Shown here: one piece after another, positions 1-8,422 of the stretch | Position numbering within the stretch: position 1 is the first letter of the stretch | Layout of the letters: each line of letters starts with the position of its first letter | Assembly: GCA_050298595.1 (NCBI GenBank) | Contig: JBNKUM010000066.1 | Span: 1-20,150 of the forward strand | Direction of reading: 5' to 3' | From: Gammaproteobacteria bacterium | GTDB taxonomy: Bacteria > Pseudomonadota > Gammaproteobacteria > GCA-001735895 | DNA: 20,150 nt | Position numbers and translations under genes: made by a program | Notes under the pieces: generated by a model | What the model saw: only the letters and a program-made list of their open reading frames with translations | The model's database searches: none | Told to the model about the DNA's origin: nothing

Positions 1-134
1 CCTCTACGGTGTTCATAGTCCTGACCGCTACTCGCATCCTGCCCACAGAGAAAGGCTCGACGGACACAGCGCGAGGTACAGTGGTAATACGGGGTGGATT
101 CGATAGCGATTTGGGTTTTCCGTGCTTGAGGCAT
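1..134 (-). CDS. 5' part of a RAYT-like / IS200-like Y1 (HUH) transposase, running off the window edge
   Basis: Manual translation from ATG at 134 gives [44 protein letters not shown], matching the '[18 protein letters not shown]...YEHRR' N-terminus of this family. GGAG RBS at 141-144 (minus). Not in the ORF track. Confidence 0.85.
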   Translation of the reverse strand, partial: MPQARKTQIAIESTPYYHCTSRCVRRAFLCGQDASSGQDYEHRR

Positions 135-259
135 AACTCACTCCTTTGATATTAATGAATGCGTTGAAAATAGAAAAGAAGGGCTGTATTGTCAACTTTT
201 ATTTATGGGTGTCCGTTAATCGTTCTCTCACTCTGCGACATGCTCAACTTACCAAAAAC

Positions 260-266
260 GTTAAGT
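260..266 (+). other. Integron-type core site GTTAAGT (GTTRRRY) opening putative cassette 1
   Basis: GTTRRRY lies 12 nt before the ATG at 279, the same layout as the GTTAGGT at 810. The left half of this attC is not recognisable. Confidence 0.45.
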
Positions 267-278
267 TGCTGGAAAAAA

Positions 279-491
279 ATGAAGCTAAATGCATACGGAA
301 AAATGATAGAAGTATCCAAAATCTCAGGGAATTGGATTGTTTTTTTTATAGGAAATGAAGGGAAGAAACGTACAGCTTACGATATTACCCTCCCTCAAGA
401 ATTGAAAGAAAATGAAATAGTCCAATATCTTGAAGACTTACTTCATGAATGGGCTACTCCTTCAAATCAAACAATTACTGAAATTAAATAA
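279..491 (+). CDS. Small conserved hypothetical protein (70 aa), cassette-like
   Basis: Part of ORF 189..491; the ATG at 279 is the more plausible start. MKLNAYGKMIEV...GNEGKKR...YLEDLLHEWATP resembles a small proteobacterial family (recalled). Confidence 0.7.
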   Translation: MKLNAYGKMIEVSKISGNWIVFFIGNEGKKRTAYDITLPQELKENEIVQYLEDLLHEWATPSNQTITEIK

Positions 492-733
492 ATAGAAAGA
501 TACATACATCATGATCAGCTCCCGGATACGACGCCTGGGTCTGCGCCACCGTTTGACCACTATGGATGGTGGAAATGCAGATATTGCAGGACGCAATATA
601 TCTGTCTTTCCCACTCTCTTCACAGAACTGCAGTTGCCGTCGGCTAGTACTTTTTAAAGTATTCATTTATGATTACTCCCGATAATGTACCGGGGACTTT
701 CACCCCATAAGATCGTGCTCATGCAGGGCACAC
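491..733 (-). mobile_element. ORF-less group IIC(-attC) intron remnant or mini-derivative inserted in the attC bottom strand
   Basis: Minus strand from 733 reads GTGTGCCCTGCATGAGCACGATCTTATGGGGTGAAAGTCCCC...TAGCCGACGGCAACTGC, closely resembling class C intron domain I starts (O. iheyensis intron GUGUGCCCGGCAUGGGUGCAGUCUAUAGGGUGAGAGUCCCG). The 5' exon ends CTGT (canonical IBS1 TTGT). No RT ORF and no clear domain V. The left boundary is inferred. Confidence 0.7.
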
Positions 734-816
734 ACAGGCACCTCAAAAGGAATATCGTCACATCCGTGCCGCTTCGTAACCGCTTTAGCGCTCGTCTTTT
801 AGGTTAAACGTTAGGT
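734..816 (+). other. attC site (right of the intron insertion point)
   Basis: AC-AGGC-ACCTCAAAAGGA (L'' side) pairs with TCTTTTAGGT (795-804, L' side) with an unpaired extra base, followed by TAAAC and the core GTTAGGT at 810-816. Confidence 0.7.
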
Positions 817-821
817 GATCA

Positions 822-1184
822 ATGAAATTATTAACAGAAGTTATGGAGCATGAAGAATTAACACGAATTCGAATCTTATTCGATTCAAAAGGAATACCTG
901 TATTTATTGGTAATGAAGATTCAGCAAGAAATTTCGGTTTTATTTACCCTGCCCGGAAGTACAGTATTTTTGTGATATATGAAGAGCAATATCAGGAAGC
1001 ACTAAGCTTGCTTGATAATGATACCTACGAAGTGCAAAATCCCGTAGATCCGGATGAGCATCAAAAATTGATCGAAACTAATAGTAAAAATTCTTTTAAT
1101 AAATTATTCAAAGTTATCACGATAATAGGAGCCGTATTGTTTATCTCGATAGCCATATTGATAATAATTTCTGTAAATACCTGA
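822..1184 (+). CDS. DUF2007-like (putative signal-transducing) membrane protein, cassette 2
   Basis: N-terminal 'RILFDSKGIPVFIGNE...IFVIYEEQYQEALSLL' pattern and a C-terminal TM helix. Starts 5 nt after GTTAGGT. The stop lies within ACCTGAC (1179-1185), one mismatch from the inverse core ACCTAAC. Confidence 0.75.
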   Translation: MKLLTEVMEHEELTRIRILFDSKGIPVFIGNEDSARNFGFIYPARKYSIFVIYEEQYQEALSLLDNDTYEVQNPVDPDEHQKLIETNSKNSFNKLFKVITIIGAVLFISIAILIIISVNT

Positions 1185-1204
1185 CATTTAGTGACAATGC
1201 AGTT

Positions 1205-1549
1205 AGTGCCTGGATCTGTTGAACTGCGAATATAAAGCATACCATTCTGGATCATTTACATGAATGACTCTTGCTTAACCGTATAGGCACAGAATCCTCA
1301 GGTTGTCTTCAAAGGCAGCAAACATAATCTTCATTCTGAGTAGTTGTTGAATATGAGATGCGGTTTCGTTTCCATTGCCAGTCACGTTTAACCAGATAAC
1401 TCTGTTCTTACTCATTACCTTTAGTGAATCCACTCCTTTGGGAGAAATGTTAACGCGACTATCCTGAGTCGCTGTGCCTACAAAGAATATTTTTGTTGTT
1501 CGATACAGAGCACGAGCTTGTCTGATATTTCAGTCTATTGCTATCCCAT
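1205..1549 (-). pseudogene. Pyridoxamine 5'-phosphate oxidase-family (FMN-binding) protein pseudogene
   Basis: GAGGAG RBS and ATG at 1549. Translation: MG*Q*TEISDKL...EQQK/IFFVGTATQDSRVNISPKGVDSLKVMSKNRVIWLNVTGNGNETASH...RMKIMFAAFEDNLRILCLYG*ARVIH..DPEW. It has three in-frame stops, a 1-nt frameshift near 1490 and a 3' truncation. Confidence 0.85.
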
Positions 1550-1770
1550 TTAGATACTCCTCTTCAGGGTTTTTGAACGATATTCTGGGTGTGTTAATAA
1601 TCATAAAGCTGGGTTAATAGCATCAATAATTCGATTGGCTGATCAGCACTCAGCGGAGCTGGACCGGCGAATGGCAAGGCAACAGGTGCTTGATGCTGGA
1701 CCATCAGCAGAACAGCTACTGCGGGCTGTTGAGGAATCTATCAAATAACCTGTTGTACCGATTGGTTCTT

Positions 1771-3441
1771 TTAATGATCATCAAACGAAGTGAGTAGCAT
1801 CAAGATGCCTGGAATGCCGAGAATAACAGTCAGCAGTGGGACAAAGAAAATTCCTGCTCCGACCATGGTGGGTGCTATGCCATCCAGTCCGGCGATCAAC
1901 GTCGCACTGATTATTAAGCTGCCACCAGCAATCGCTCTGACAGTACGACGGTTGCTCTTTTGAACTTCTTTTTTGATTTCTTCCAGATGTCTGGATTTAT
2001 ATTCTATCTGTAATTTGTCGTTGGCCAGCTTGTCCAGAGTTTTGAAAATCAGCTGCGGCAGGTCGGGTAAATGCTCGGCCATAAACGGTATGTTGTTCTT
2101 AATGCCTTTAGCCAAAGCGCGAATACCCATTTGCTCACTCAGCCATTTTTCCAGAAAGGGTTTTGCGGTATCCCATAAATCGAGTTGCGGATAAAGCTGA
2201 CGGCCTAAACCTTCGATATGCAAAAAGGTTTTCTGTAATAGTAATAGTTGTGGTTGAATTTCCATATTGAAATCACGCGCGGTTTCAAACAGACGTAGCA
2301 ATAACTGGCCAAATGAAATTTCGTGTAGTGGTCGTTGAAAGATCGGCTCGCACACAGCGCGAATGGCTGATTCAAAATCATCGATGCGAGTATCGCTATC
2401 TACCCAGCCTGAGTCAACATGCAGTTCGGCGACACGACGATAATCGCGGTTAAAAAAAGCAACGAAGTTTTCTGCCAGATAGCGTTGGTCTAAGGTAGAC
2501 AAAGAACCCATGATGCCAAAGTCGACAGCTATGTATTTCGGGTTTTCCGGGTTTTCACGCGACACAAAAATATTGCCGGGGTGCATGTCGGCATGGAAGA
2601 AGTTGTGGTTGTAAACCTGATTAAAAAATACTTCAACCCCTTTTCTGGAGAGTATTTCCAGATTAATGTTATGACGTTTTAGCTGCTTGATATCAGTGAC
2701 GGCAATACCTTCGATACGCTCTATAACCAGCATATTAGATTTGCAGAATTCCCAGTAAACCTGCGGTACATACAGATCTTCAGAATCAATAAAGTTGCGG
2801 CGTAATTCACTGGCGTTAGCGGCTTCACGCACCAGGTCTAATTCGTTGATAAGCGTCTTTTCAAACTCTTCAACGACCTTGATTGGTTTAACACGTTTGG
2901 CTTCCTTCCAGTACCGGTTAGCCAGTCGTGCCAGAATCATCATTAACGCGATATCCTTGCGAATGATTTTTTCTATATTGGGGCGAACAATTTTTACCAC
3001 GACTTTGCTGCCGTCGTGCAGCACCGCATTATGTACCTGAGCAATAGAAGCAGAAGCAAGTACATTTTGATCAAACGATAGAAAAGCCTCGTGCAAAGGT
3101 TTGCCGAGTTGTTTCTCAATAATCGCTTTAGCCTGATTAACCGGAAATGGCGGTACACGATCCAGTAGCTTTTCAAGCTCGACAATAAGTTCCTCATCCA
3201 AAAGGTCCCGACGTGTTGCGAGTAGCTGACCGAACTTGATGAATATAGGGCCTAAAGATTCAATACATAAGCGAATGCGTACCGCCTGCGAAACGCTGTT
3301 ATCCCGAAACCAGTTATAGGGATTGAGATAGATGAGAAAGCGCAACGGTGCAAACAGGTGTAGCTTGAGAATGATTTCATCAAGCCCAAAACGGGCCAGG
3401 GTGAAGTTGATGAAGATCAGACGGTACAGGGAAGAAAGCAT
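1771..3441 (-). CDS. ubiB: Ubiquinone biosynthesis regulatory protein kinase UbiB (ABC1 family)
   Basis: LGPIFIKFGQ, ASASIAQVH, VVVK, FFHADMHPGN and DFG motifs; C-terminal TM segments; follows ubiJ. Confidence 0.97.
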   Translation of the reverse strand: MLSSLYRLIFINFTLARFGLDEIILKLHLFAPLRFLIYLNPYNWFRDNSVSQAVRIRLCIESLGPIFIKFGQLLATRRDLLDEELIVELEKLLDRVPPFPVNQAKAIIEKQLGKPLHEAFLSFDQNVLASASIAQVHNAVLHDGSKVVVKIVRPNIEKIIRKDIALMMILARLANRYWKEAKRVKPIKVVEEFEKTLINELDLVREAANASELRRNFIDSEDLYVPQVYWEFCKSNMLVIERIEGIAVTDIKQLKRHNINLEILSRKGVEVFFNQVYNHNFFHADMHPGNIFVSRENPENPKYIAVDFGIMGSLSTLDQRYLAENFVAFFNRDYRRVAELHVDSGWVDSDTRIDDFESAIRAVCEPIFQRPLHEISFGQLLLRLFETARDFNMEIQPQLLLLQKTFLHIEGLGRQLYPQLDLWDTAKPFLEKWLSEQMGIRALAKGIKNNIPFMAEHLPDLPQLIFKTLDKLANDKLQIEYKSRHLEEIKKEVQKSNRRTVRAIAGGSLIISATLIAGLDGIAPTMVGAGIFFVPLLTVILGIPGILMLLTSFDDH

Positions 3442-3442
3442 A

Positions 3443-4057
3443 TTATTTTTTCAGTTTATGGTTAAGCAGGGCTTCCATACGCTCGACACCGTGTCTGAGG
3501 TCGGTTACTTCTGATTTGAATCGATCAAACTCGGGTTTGCTCGGCATGTGTCGGCTTTCATCCTGCAGGTAATCTCGCCCGGATAATGCCACCGATTGAA
3601 ATCTGTCGCTAACCCATTTGCGTGTTTTGTTAACACCCTGAAAGATGCGAAAGGCCATTGCATCGCCCACGATCTTAGAGAGCTGTTGTTCCCAGTCGAT
3701 ATCCAGCTCAGTCAGAATTTTTTGAAACTTTTGTGCGACAGCTGCGTTACCACTGATTTCAATACGTTCCTGAATTGATGTGCTGAGTTTATCTTTATTT
3801 AAGGACAGGTTCACCAGTGCCATAACACGACCACGAATAACAGCGCTGGGTTCCTTAGCGGGTTGTTGCAGGCTGATACGCATGCCCCATGAACCGGGAT
3901 GACAGTAAAGGGTTTTATCCACATCGGTAAAATTGATGGCAATAATATGCCCCTGTAATTCGCTACAGTGTTGCAATGCGTTCTGGTCCATGCCAAGTAA
4001 GTGGTTGCCGCCGATTTCAGCTGCGCCCAGCAGGTTCTTCATCATTTGCTCTATCAT
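3443..4057 (-). CDS. ubiJ: Ubiquinone biosynthesis accessory factor UbiJ (SCP2 domain)
   Basis: 'IEISGNAAVAQKFQKILTELDIDWEQQLSKIVGD' and C-terminal 'V..LR..VERMEA'; lies between ubiE and ubiB. Confidence 0.9.
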   Translation of the reverse strand: MIEQMMKNLLGAAEIGGNHLLGMDQNALQHCSELQGHIIAINFTDVDKTLYCHPGSWGMRISLQQPAKEPSAVIRGRVMALVNLSLNKDKLSTSIQERIEISGNAAVAQKFQKILTELDIDWEQQLSKIVGDAMAFRIFQGVNKTRKWVSDRFQSVALSGRDYLQDESRHMPSKPEFDRFKSEVTDLRHGVERMEALLNHKLKK

Positions 4058-4533
4058 CGATAAGCCTCCAGAGTTTGCAGAGATTCATCCTGCATAATGA
4101 CCAGAGTTTTAGACAACTTGTCGTGCCAGCTCTGATTGTGTTTGTCGAATAGAATCCAGATAAAGCCCAGGCCCAGCGGAATGGCGGATATAAAATAAGC
4201 CAGGTAGCGAATGATCAGCTGGCTGGCGCGTGCTTTATCTTTAGTACTGGCATCGACTATCCTGCAATCGAGTAATAACTTGCCCGGTGTGGCCATCCAC
4301 ACCACCCAGAAACCGATGACCAATACTGCAGGTATACCATGATCAAACAACAGAAGACGCCAATCCAGCAGTTGGGTTAGAGATGCCTGTTGCGAGAGCA
4401 GCAGATACTCCATGCCAAAAATGGACAGGGCCAGTGCCGTACTCATCAGGCTAAACAGTGTGCTATCAATCATAAACGCTATAGCACGCCGCAGAAAGCC
4501 CGCATACTCAAACTGGCGGTGGATGAAGTTCAT
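4054..4533 (-). CDS. RDD-family membrane protein
   Basis: YAGFLRRAIAFMID, TPGK and QSWHDKLSKTLV motifs. Start moved to the ATG at 4533 to avoid overlap with ubiE. The stop overlaps the ubiJ start (ATGA). Confidence 0.9.
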   Translation of the reverse strand: MNFIHRQFEYAGFLRRAIAFMIDSTLFSLMSTALALSIFGMEYLLLSQQASLTQLLDWRLLLFDHGIPAVLVIGFWVVWMATPGKLLLDCRIVDASTKDKARASQLIIRYLAYFISAIPLGLGFIWILFDKHNQSWHDKLSKTLVIMQDESLQTLEAYR

Positions 4534-4543
4534 GGCCTGGCAA

Positions 4544-5296
4544 TCAGTACTTGAATGCGCGATGCAGGGCGACGATGCCACCGGTCATGTTGAAAACCTC
4601 GACTTCGTCGAATCCAGCTTCTTGCAGCATCATGTTCTTCAGGGTTTCCTGATCGGGGTGCATACGAATAGATTCCGCCAGATACTGGTAGCTTTCGCGG
4701 TCATTGGCAATCAGCTCACCCATGCGCGGTAGAATATTGAAGGAATAAAAGTCGTAGATCTTTTCCAGCGGCTCATACAGCGGTTTTGAGAACTCAAGCA
4801 CGCATAGACGACCACCTGGCTTTAATACGCGACGCATAGAACTCAATGCCTTCGCTTTATCAGTCACATTACGCAGCCCGAAAGCGATGGTGATGCAATC
4901 GAAGCTATTATCTTCAAAAGGCAGGATCTCGGCATTGCACTGACTGGTCGAGATGCGATTCACCAGACCCTTATTAAGTACCCGGTCGCGCCCTTCCTGT
5001 AGCATCGACGCATTGATGTCCGCCAGTACCACATGCCCACTGTCACCGACCAGTTTCGCCTGTTTGATCGCAAGATCTCCAGTGCCACCGGCCAGATCCA
5101 GTACAATATGCCCTTCACGCAGGCCACACAGCTCGATGGTGAATTTCTTCCACAGGTGGTGGACACCCATAGACATCACATCGTTCATCAGATCGTACTT
5201 ATTCGCCACCGAATGGAAAACTTCGGCAACTTTGGCTTGTTTCTCCTCGGTTTTAACCTGAGAAAAGCCGAAATGGGTAGTGGAATTATCGTTCAT
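4544..5296 (-). CDS. ubiE: Ubiquinone/menaquinone C-methyltransferase UbiE
   Basis: [48 protein letters not shown] and [14 protein letters not shown] motifs. Confidence 0.98.
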   Translation of the reverse strand: MNDNSTTHFGFSQVKTEEKQAKVAEVFHSVANKYDLMNDVMSMGVHHLWKKFTIELCGLREGHIVLDLAGGTGDLAIKQAKLVGDSGHVVLADINASMLQEGRDRVLNKGLVNRISTSQCNAEILPFEDNSFDCITIAFGLRNVTDKAKALSSMRRVLKPGGRLCVLEFSKPLYEPLEKIYDFYSFNILPRMGELIANDRESYQYLAESIRMHPDQETLKNMMLQEAGFDEVEVFNMTGGIVALHRAFKY

Positions 5297-5424
5297 GACA
5301 GGAGCTCGTTTAAAACTAGACGAACCTTATCAGAAGTTGAGGTTTGGGTCAGCAAGGAAAGCGAGGTCAGAAAGCCATAAAAGTGATATGGTTCAGCCAA
5401 TTTGAAAAGAAATTCTGTATACAC

Positions 5425-6186
5425 ATGAATGATGACCAACTCCTGCGCTATGGACGACAGATACTGCTTCCAGAAATAGACCTACACGGTCAACAGAGGA
5501 TAAAAGATGCCACGGTGCTGGTCATTGGGCTGGGCGGGCTGGGGTCCGCTATCTCCTTTTATCTGGCGGGAGCTGGCGTTGGACACCTGTTGTTGAATGA
5601 CTTCGATGCCGTGGATAAATCCAACCTGCAGCGCCAGATCGTACATCAGGAAGCCGGTGTCGGCATGAATAAGGCCCAGTCGGCCAGGCAAACCTTGCAA
5701 CGTCTGAATTCAGATATTGAGATACAGGCGATTGAAGAAAAACTGGATCGTCAGGCATTGCTCAAACTGGCCGCAGGTTGCGATGTCATCGTCGATGGCA
5801 GCGACAACTTCGCCACCCGACATCTGATCAATGAAATCAGCCTGCTCAGTGGTAAGCCTCTGGTATCTGGTGCAGCAATTCGTCTGGAAGGTCAGGTCAG
5901 TGTATTCAATACGCAGGCCGATAGCCCCTGCTACGCCTGCCTATATGGAACAGATAACTCCGATGATCATATGACCTGTTCGGAGAATGGCGTGCTCGCA
6001 CCGCTGGTAGGCATTATCGGTTCGATACAGGCAATGGAAACTCTCAAGCTGATCGTCGGGTTCGGCGAAACACTGGATAAAAGATTACTGGTGCTGGATG
6101 CTAAAACGATGAATATACGCACTCTCAAACTGGCGCAGGATCCCTCCTGTATCTGTCATCAATTACGCAAATCAATAACAGCCTGA
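5425..6186 (+). CDS. moeB: MoeB/ThiF family adenylyltransferase (probable MoeB)
   Basis: MNDDQLLRYGRQILL start (ATG at 5425), GLGGLG, SNLQRQ, DNFATR, PCYAC and CSENGVLAPLVGIIGS. MoeB versus ThiF is not strictly resolved. Confidence 0.88.
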   Translation: MNDDQLLRYGRQILLPEIDLHGQQRIKDATVLVIGLGGLGSAISFYLAGAGVGHLLLNDFDAVDKSNLQRQIVHQEAGVGMNKAQSARQTLQRLNSDIEIQAIEEKLDRQALLKLAAGCDVIVDGSDNFATRHLINEISLLSGKPLVSGAAIRLEGQVSVFNTQADSPCYACLYGTDNSDDHMTCSENGVLAPLVGIIGSIQAMETLKLIVGFGETLDKRLLVLDAKTMNIRTLKLAQDPSCICHQLRKSITA

Positions 6187-6205
6187 AAAGGAGAATAAAT
6201 CAGAC

Positions 6206-6451
6206 ATGGCAGAGATAGAGTTTTCAAAAGCTGAAAAAGATACCATCGTTCAGAAAATTCAGGACTACCTGAATGATGAGCTAGACGTTGAAATCGGCCA
6301 GTTCGATGCCGAGTTTCTACTGGACTTTTTTTCCAAAGAGGTTGGGGCTTATTATTACAATCAGGGTTTGCAGGATGCGCGTGCTGTTATTAGTGCAAAG
6401 CTGATTGATGTTGATGAGGCTATTTATGAGATTGAGAAACCAACACGTTAA
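6206..6451 (+). CDS. DUF2164 family protein
   Basis: 'EIGQFDAEFLLDFFSKEVGAYYYNQGLQDA' is typical of the family; AGGAG RBS upstream. Confidence 0.9.
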   Translation: MAEIEFSKAEKDTIVQKIQDYLNDELDVEIGQFDAEFLLDFFSKEVGAYYYNQGLQDARAVISAKLIDVDEAIYEIEKPTR

Positions 6452-6624
6452 ACCTGACTCACATAAAAACACATATGCCCACTAATGATACTGCTTGTCC
6501 GGTAGCATAAAACAAATCGTATTCAGCAAGGAGAACTAAAGTCAGTTTTATCCATTTGTCTTTTAGGGTTTTCGAAGCTAGAATCCGCACGAATTTATTT
6601 TATTTCTAATGAACAAGGACACAT

Positions 6625-7302
6625 ATGTATTGGCATAGATTTTCTCGTGCAGTTGCCATTTCCGCTGCTATTCTTCTCCTTTCCGCTTGCGCAACCGAAA
6701 GCTCACAAACTATTTCTGTACAACAGGTTGAAGCTGCTGCTGTCCCCTACAACGGGCCGCACACTCCGATATCTATAGGTAAATTCGACAACCGTTCGAA
6801 TTTTATGCGCGGGCTGTTCAGCAATGGTGTCGATCGTCTGGGCGGTCAAGCCAGGAATATTCTAATCACACACCTGCAACAGACCAACCGCTTCAATGTC
6901 CTTGATCGAGACAATCTAACCGAAACCAAATCCGAGGCCAGCCTGAGTGGAAGTGAGCAGACCTTAAAAGGGGCTAATTACGTGATCTCCGGCGGTGTTT
7001 CCGAATTCGGTCGCAAGGAAGTTGGAGACAAACAATTGTTTGGGCTCCTGGGGCGTGGCAAGAAGCAAATCGCCTATGCCAAAGTGGCTATTAATATAGT
7101 CAAAGTTTCTACTGGCGAGATTGTCTTTTCGACATTGGGGGCGGGCGAGTACAGCCTTTCTAATCGTGAAGTACTGGGTTTTGGCGGTACTGCGAGCTAC
7201 GATGCAACGCTCAATGGAAAGGTGCTGGATCTGGCCATTCGCGATGCAGTGAACAAACTGACTTCTGCAATCGATAGCAATGTGTGGAGACCTGAGGCAT
7301 GA
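6625..7302 (+). CDS. CsgG/HfaB-family lipoprotein
   Basis: Lipobox LSAC; GKFDNRS, DRLGGQA, LQQTNRFNVLDR and EFGRKEVGD motifs. Confidence 0.9.
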   Translation: MYWHRFSRAVAISAAILLLSACATESSQTISVQQVEAAAVPYNGPHTPISIGKFDNRSNFMRGLFSNGVDRLGGQARNILITHLQQTNRFNVLDRDNLTETKSEASLSGSEQTLKGANYVISGGVSEFGRKEVGDKQLFGLLGRGKKQIAYAKVAINIVKVSTGEIVFSTLGAGEYSLSNREVLGFGGTASYDATLNGKVLDLAIRDAVNKLTSAIDSNVWRPEA

Positions 7303-7688
7303 AAATTGAGCAGTTGCCTGTAGCAGGGTTGAGGCGACAAATCTCTCTTATTGTGTTGGTTTGTGGTTTTCTGGGGTTGGTGGGATGCGTATCTGCGCCG
7401 CCTTCAATTTATGGTTGGGGAAGCTACCAGCATCAGGTATACGAATATCTGAAGTCTGATGGCAGTAGTCCGGAAGAGCAAGTTGCTTCGCTGGAAAAAG
7501 ATCTGATGGAAATGAGTGCAAAGGGAGAGGCAGCACCGCCAGGATTTCATGCCCATTTGGGGTTGTTGTACGCATCTTTGGGTAAAGTCGATAACTCGAT
7601 TGAGGAGTTTCAGGTCGAAAAAACGTTATTTCCAGAATCGGCACAATATGTTGATTTCCTCCTGTCGAACAAAAACAAAGGGGGCTAA
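7299..7688 (+). CDS. DUF4810 family lipoprotein
   Basis: Lipobox LVGC; 'YGWGSY...PPGFHAHLGLLY...EKTLFPES'; ATGA overlap with the upstream gene. Confidence 0.88.
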   Translation: MKIEQLPVAGLRRQISLIVLVCGFLGLVGCVSAPPSIYGWGSYQHQVYEYLKSDGSSPEEQVASLEKDLMEMSAKGEAAPPGFHAHLGLLYASLGKVDNSIEEFQVEKTLFPESAQYVDFLLSNKNKGG

Positions 7689-7692
7689 AACT

Positions 7693-8358
7693 GTGCAAAT
7701 ACCTGGAATATTGAAACTGATTATTGGGGTGATTGCTCTAGCACTTGTCTCAGCCTGTGCAACGCAACCACCAGTCCAAATGGACTACACGGCGTTCAAG
7801 GATAGTCGGCCTGCGTCTATACTGGTGCTACCACCGATTAATAACTCACCCGAGATAGATGCCAGTGCCGCTGTATTGGCACAGGCAACGGCGCCATTGT
7901 CTGAATCCGGTTATTATGTTTTACCGGTTGCTCTGGTCGTTGAAACCTTCAGGGAGAACGGATGGACAACTGCTTCCGATGTTCACAATGTTGAATTATC
8001 CAAATTACGAGAGGTGTTTGGTGCTGATGCGGTATTGTATTTAACCATCCAGCAATATGGTGCCTCCTACACCATAGTTGACAGTACTGTCGTGGTTAGG
8101 ATGAATGCACAATTAACCGACTTGAGGACCGGTGCAACCCTTTGGACCGGTTCGGCGGTAGCCAGCGATGCAAATAATAATAGCAATCAGGGAGGGATTG
8201 TCGGAATGCTGGTATCTGCCATCATTAAACAGATTGCAAACAGTGTCACCGATACCAGCTTCCCAGTTGCTGGTATTGCCAGTAAACAACTACTTTCGGC
8301 AGGGCATTTCAATGGCTTGCTGTATGGACCACGCTCCCCAAAGTTTCAGACTGACTGA
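7693..8358 (+). CDS. DUF799 (GNA1162-like) lipoprotein
   Basis: GTG start at 7693, lipobox VSAC; 'RPASILVLPPINNSPE', 'PLSESGYYVLPV', 'FGADAVLY' and 'LLYGPRSP'; completes the known three-gene lipoprotein unit. Confidence 0.88.
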   Translation: MQIPGILKLIIGVIALALVSACATQPPVQMDYTAFKDSRPASILVLPPINNSPEIDASAAVLAQATAPLSESGYYVLPVALVVETFRENGWTTASDVHNVELSKLREVFGADAVLYLTIQQYGASYTIVDSTVVVRMNAQLTDLRTGATLWTGSAVASDANNNSNQGGIVGMLVSAIIKQIANSVTDTSFPVAGIASKQLLSAGHFNGLLYGPRSPKFQTD

Positions 8359-8422
8359 TCACAATAGATGAATATCATGTCATTCAAATTACTGAATAAC
8401 GGGTAGATATGGGGTCAGAGAT

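Noticed and set aside
146-358. 70-aa ORF and the 189-278 extension of the next ORF
   Set aside because: They overlap the candidate element end and core site in non-coding context; the conserved-looking protein begins at 279.
484-666. 60-aa minus-strand ORF
   Set aside because: It lies inside the intron-derived insert and shows no RT or other recognisable motifs.
1600-1748. Open plus-strand frame ending ...ELDRRMARQQVLDAGPSAEQLLRAVEESIK*
   Set aside because: Protein-like, but no convincing start and no family recognised; possibly a gene remnant, not supportable.
1973-5380. Several plus-strand ORFs antisense to the ubi genes
   Set aside because: Shadow ORFs of well-supported minus-strand genes.
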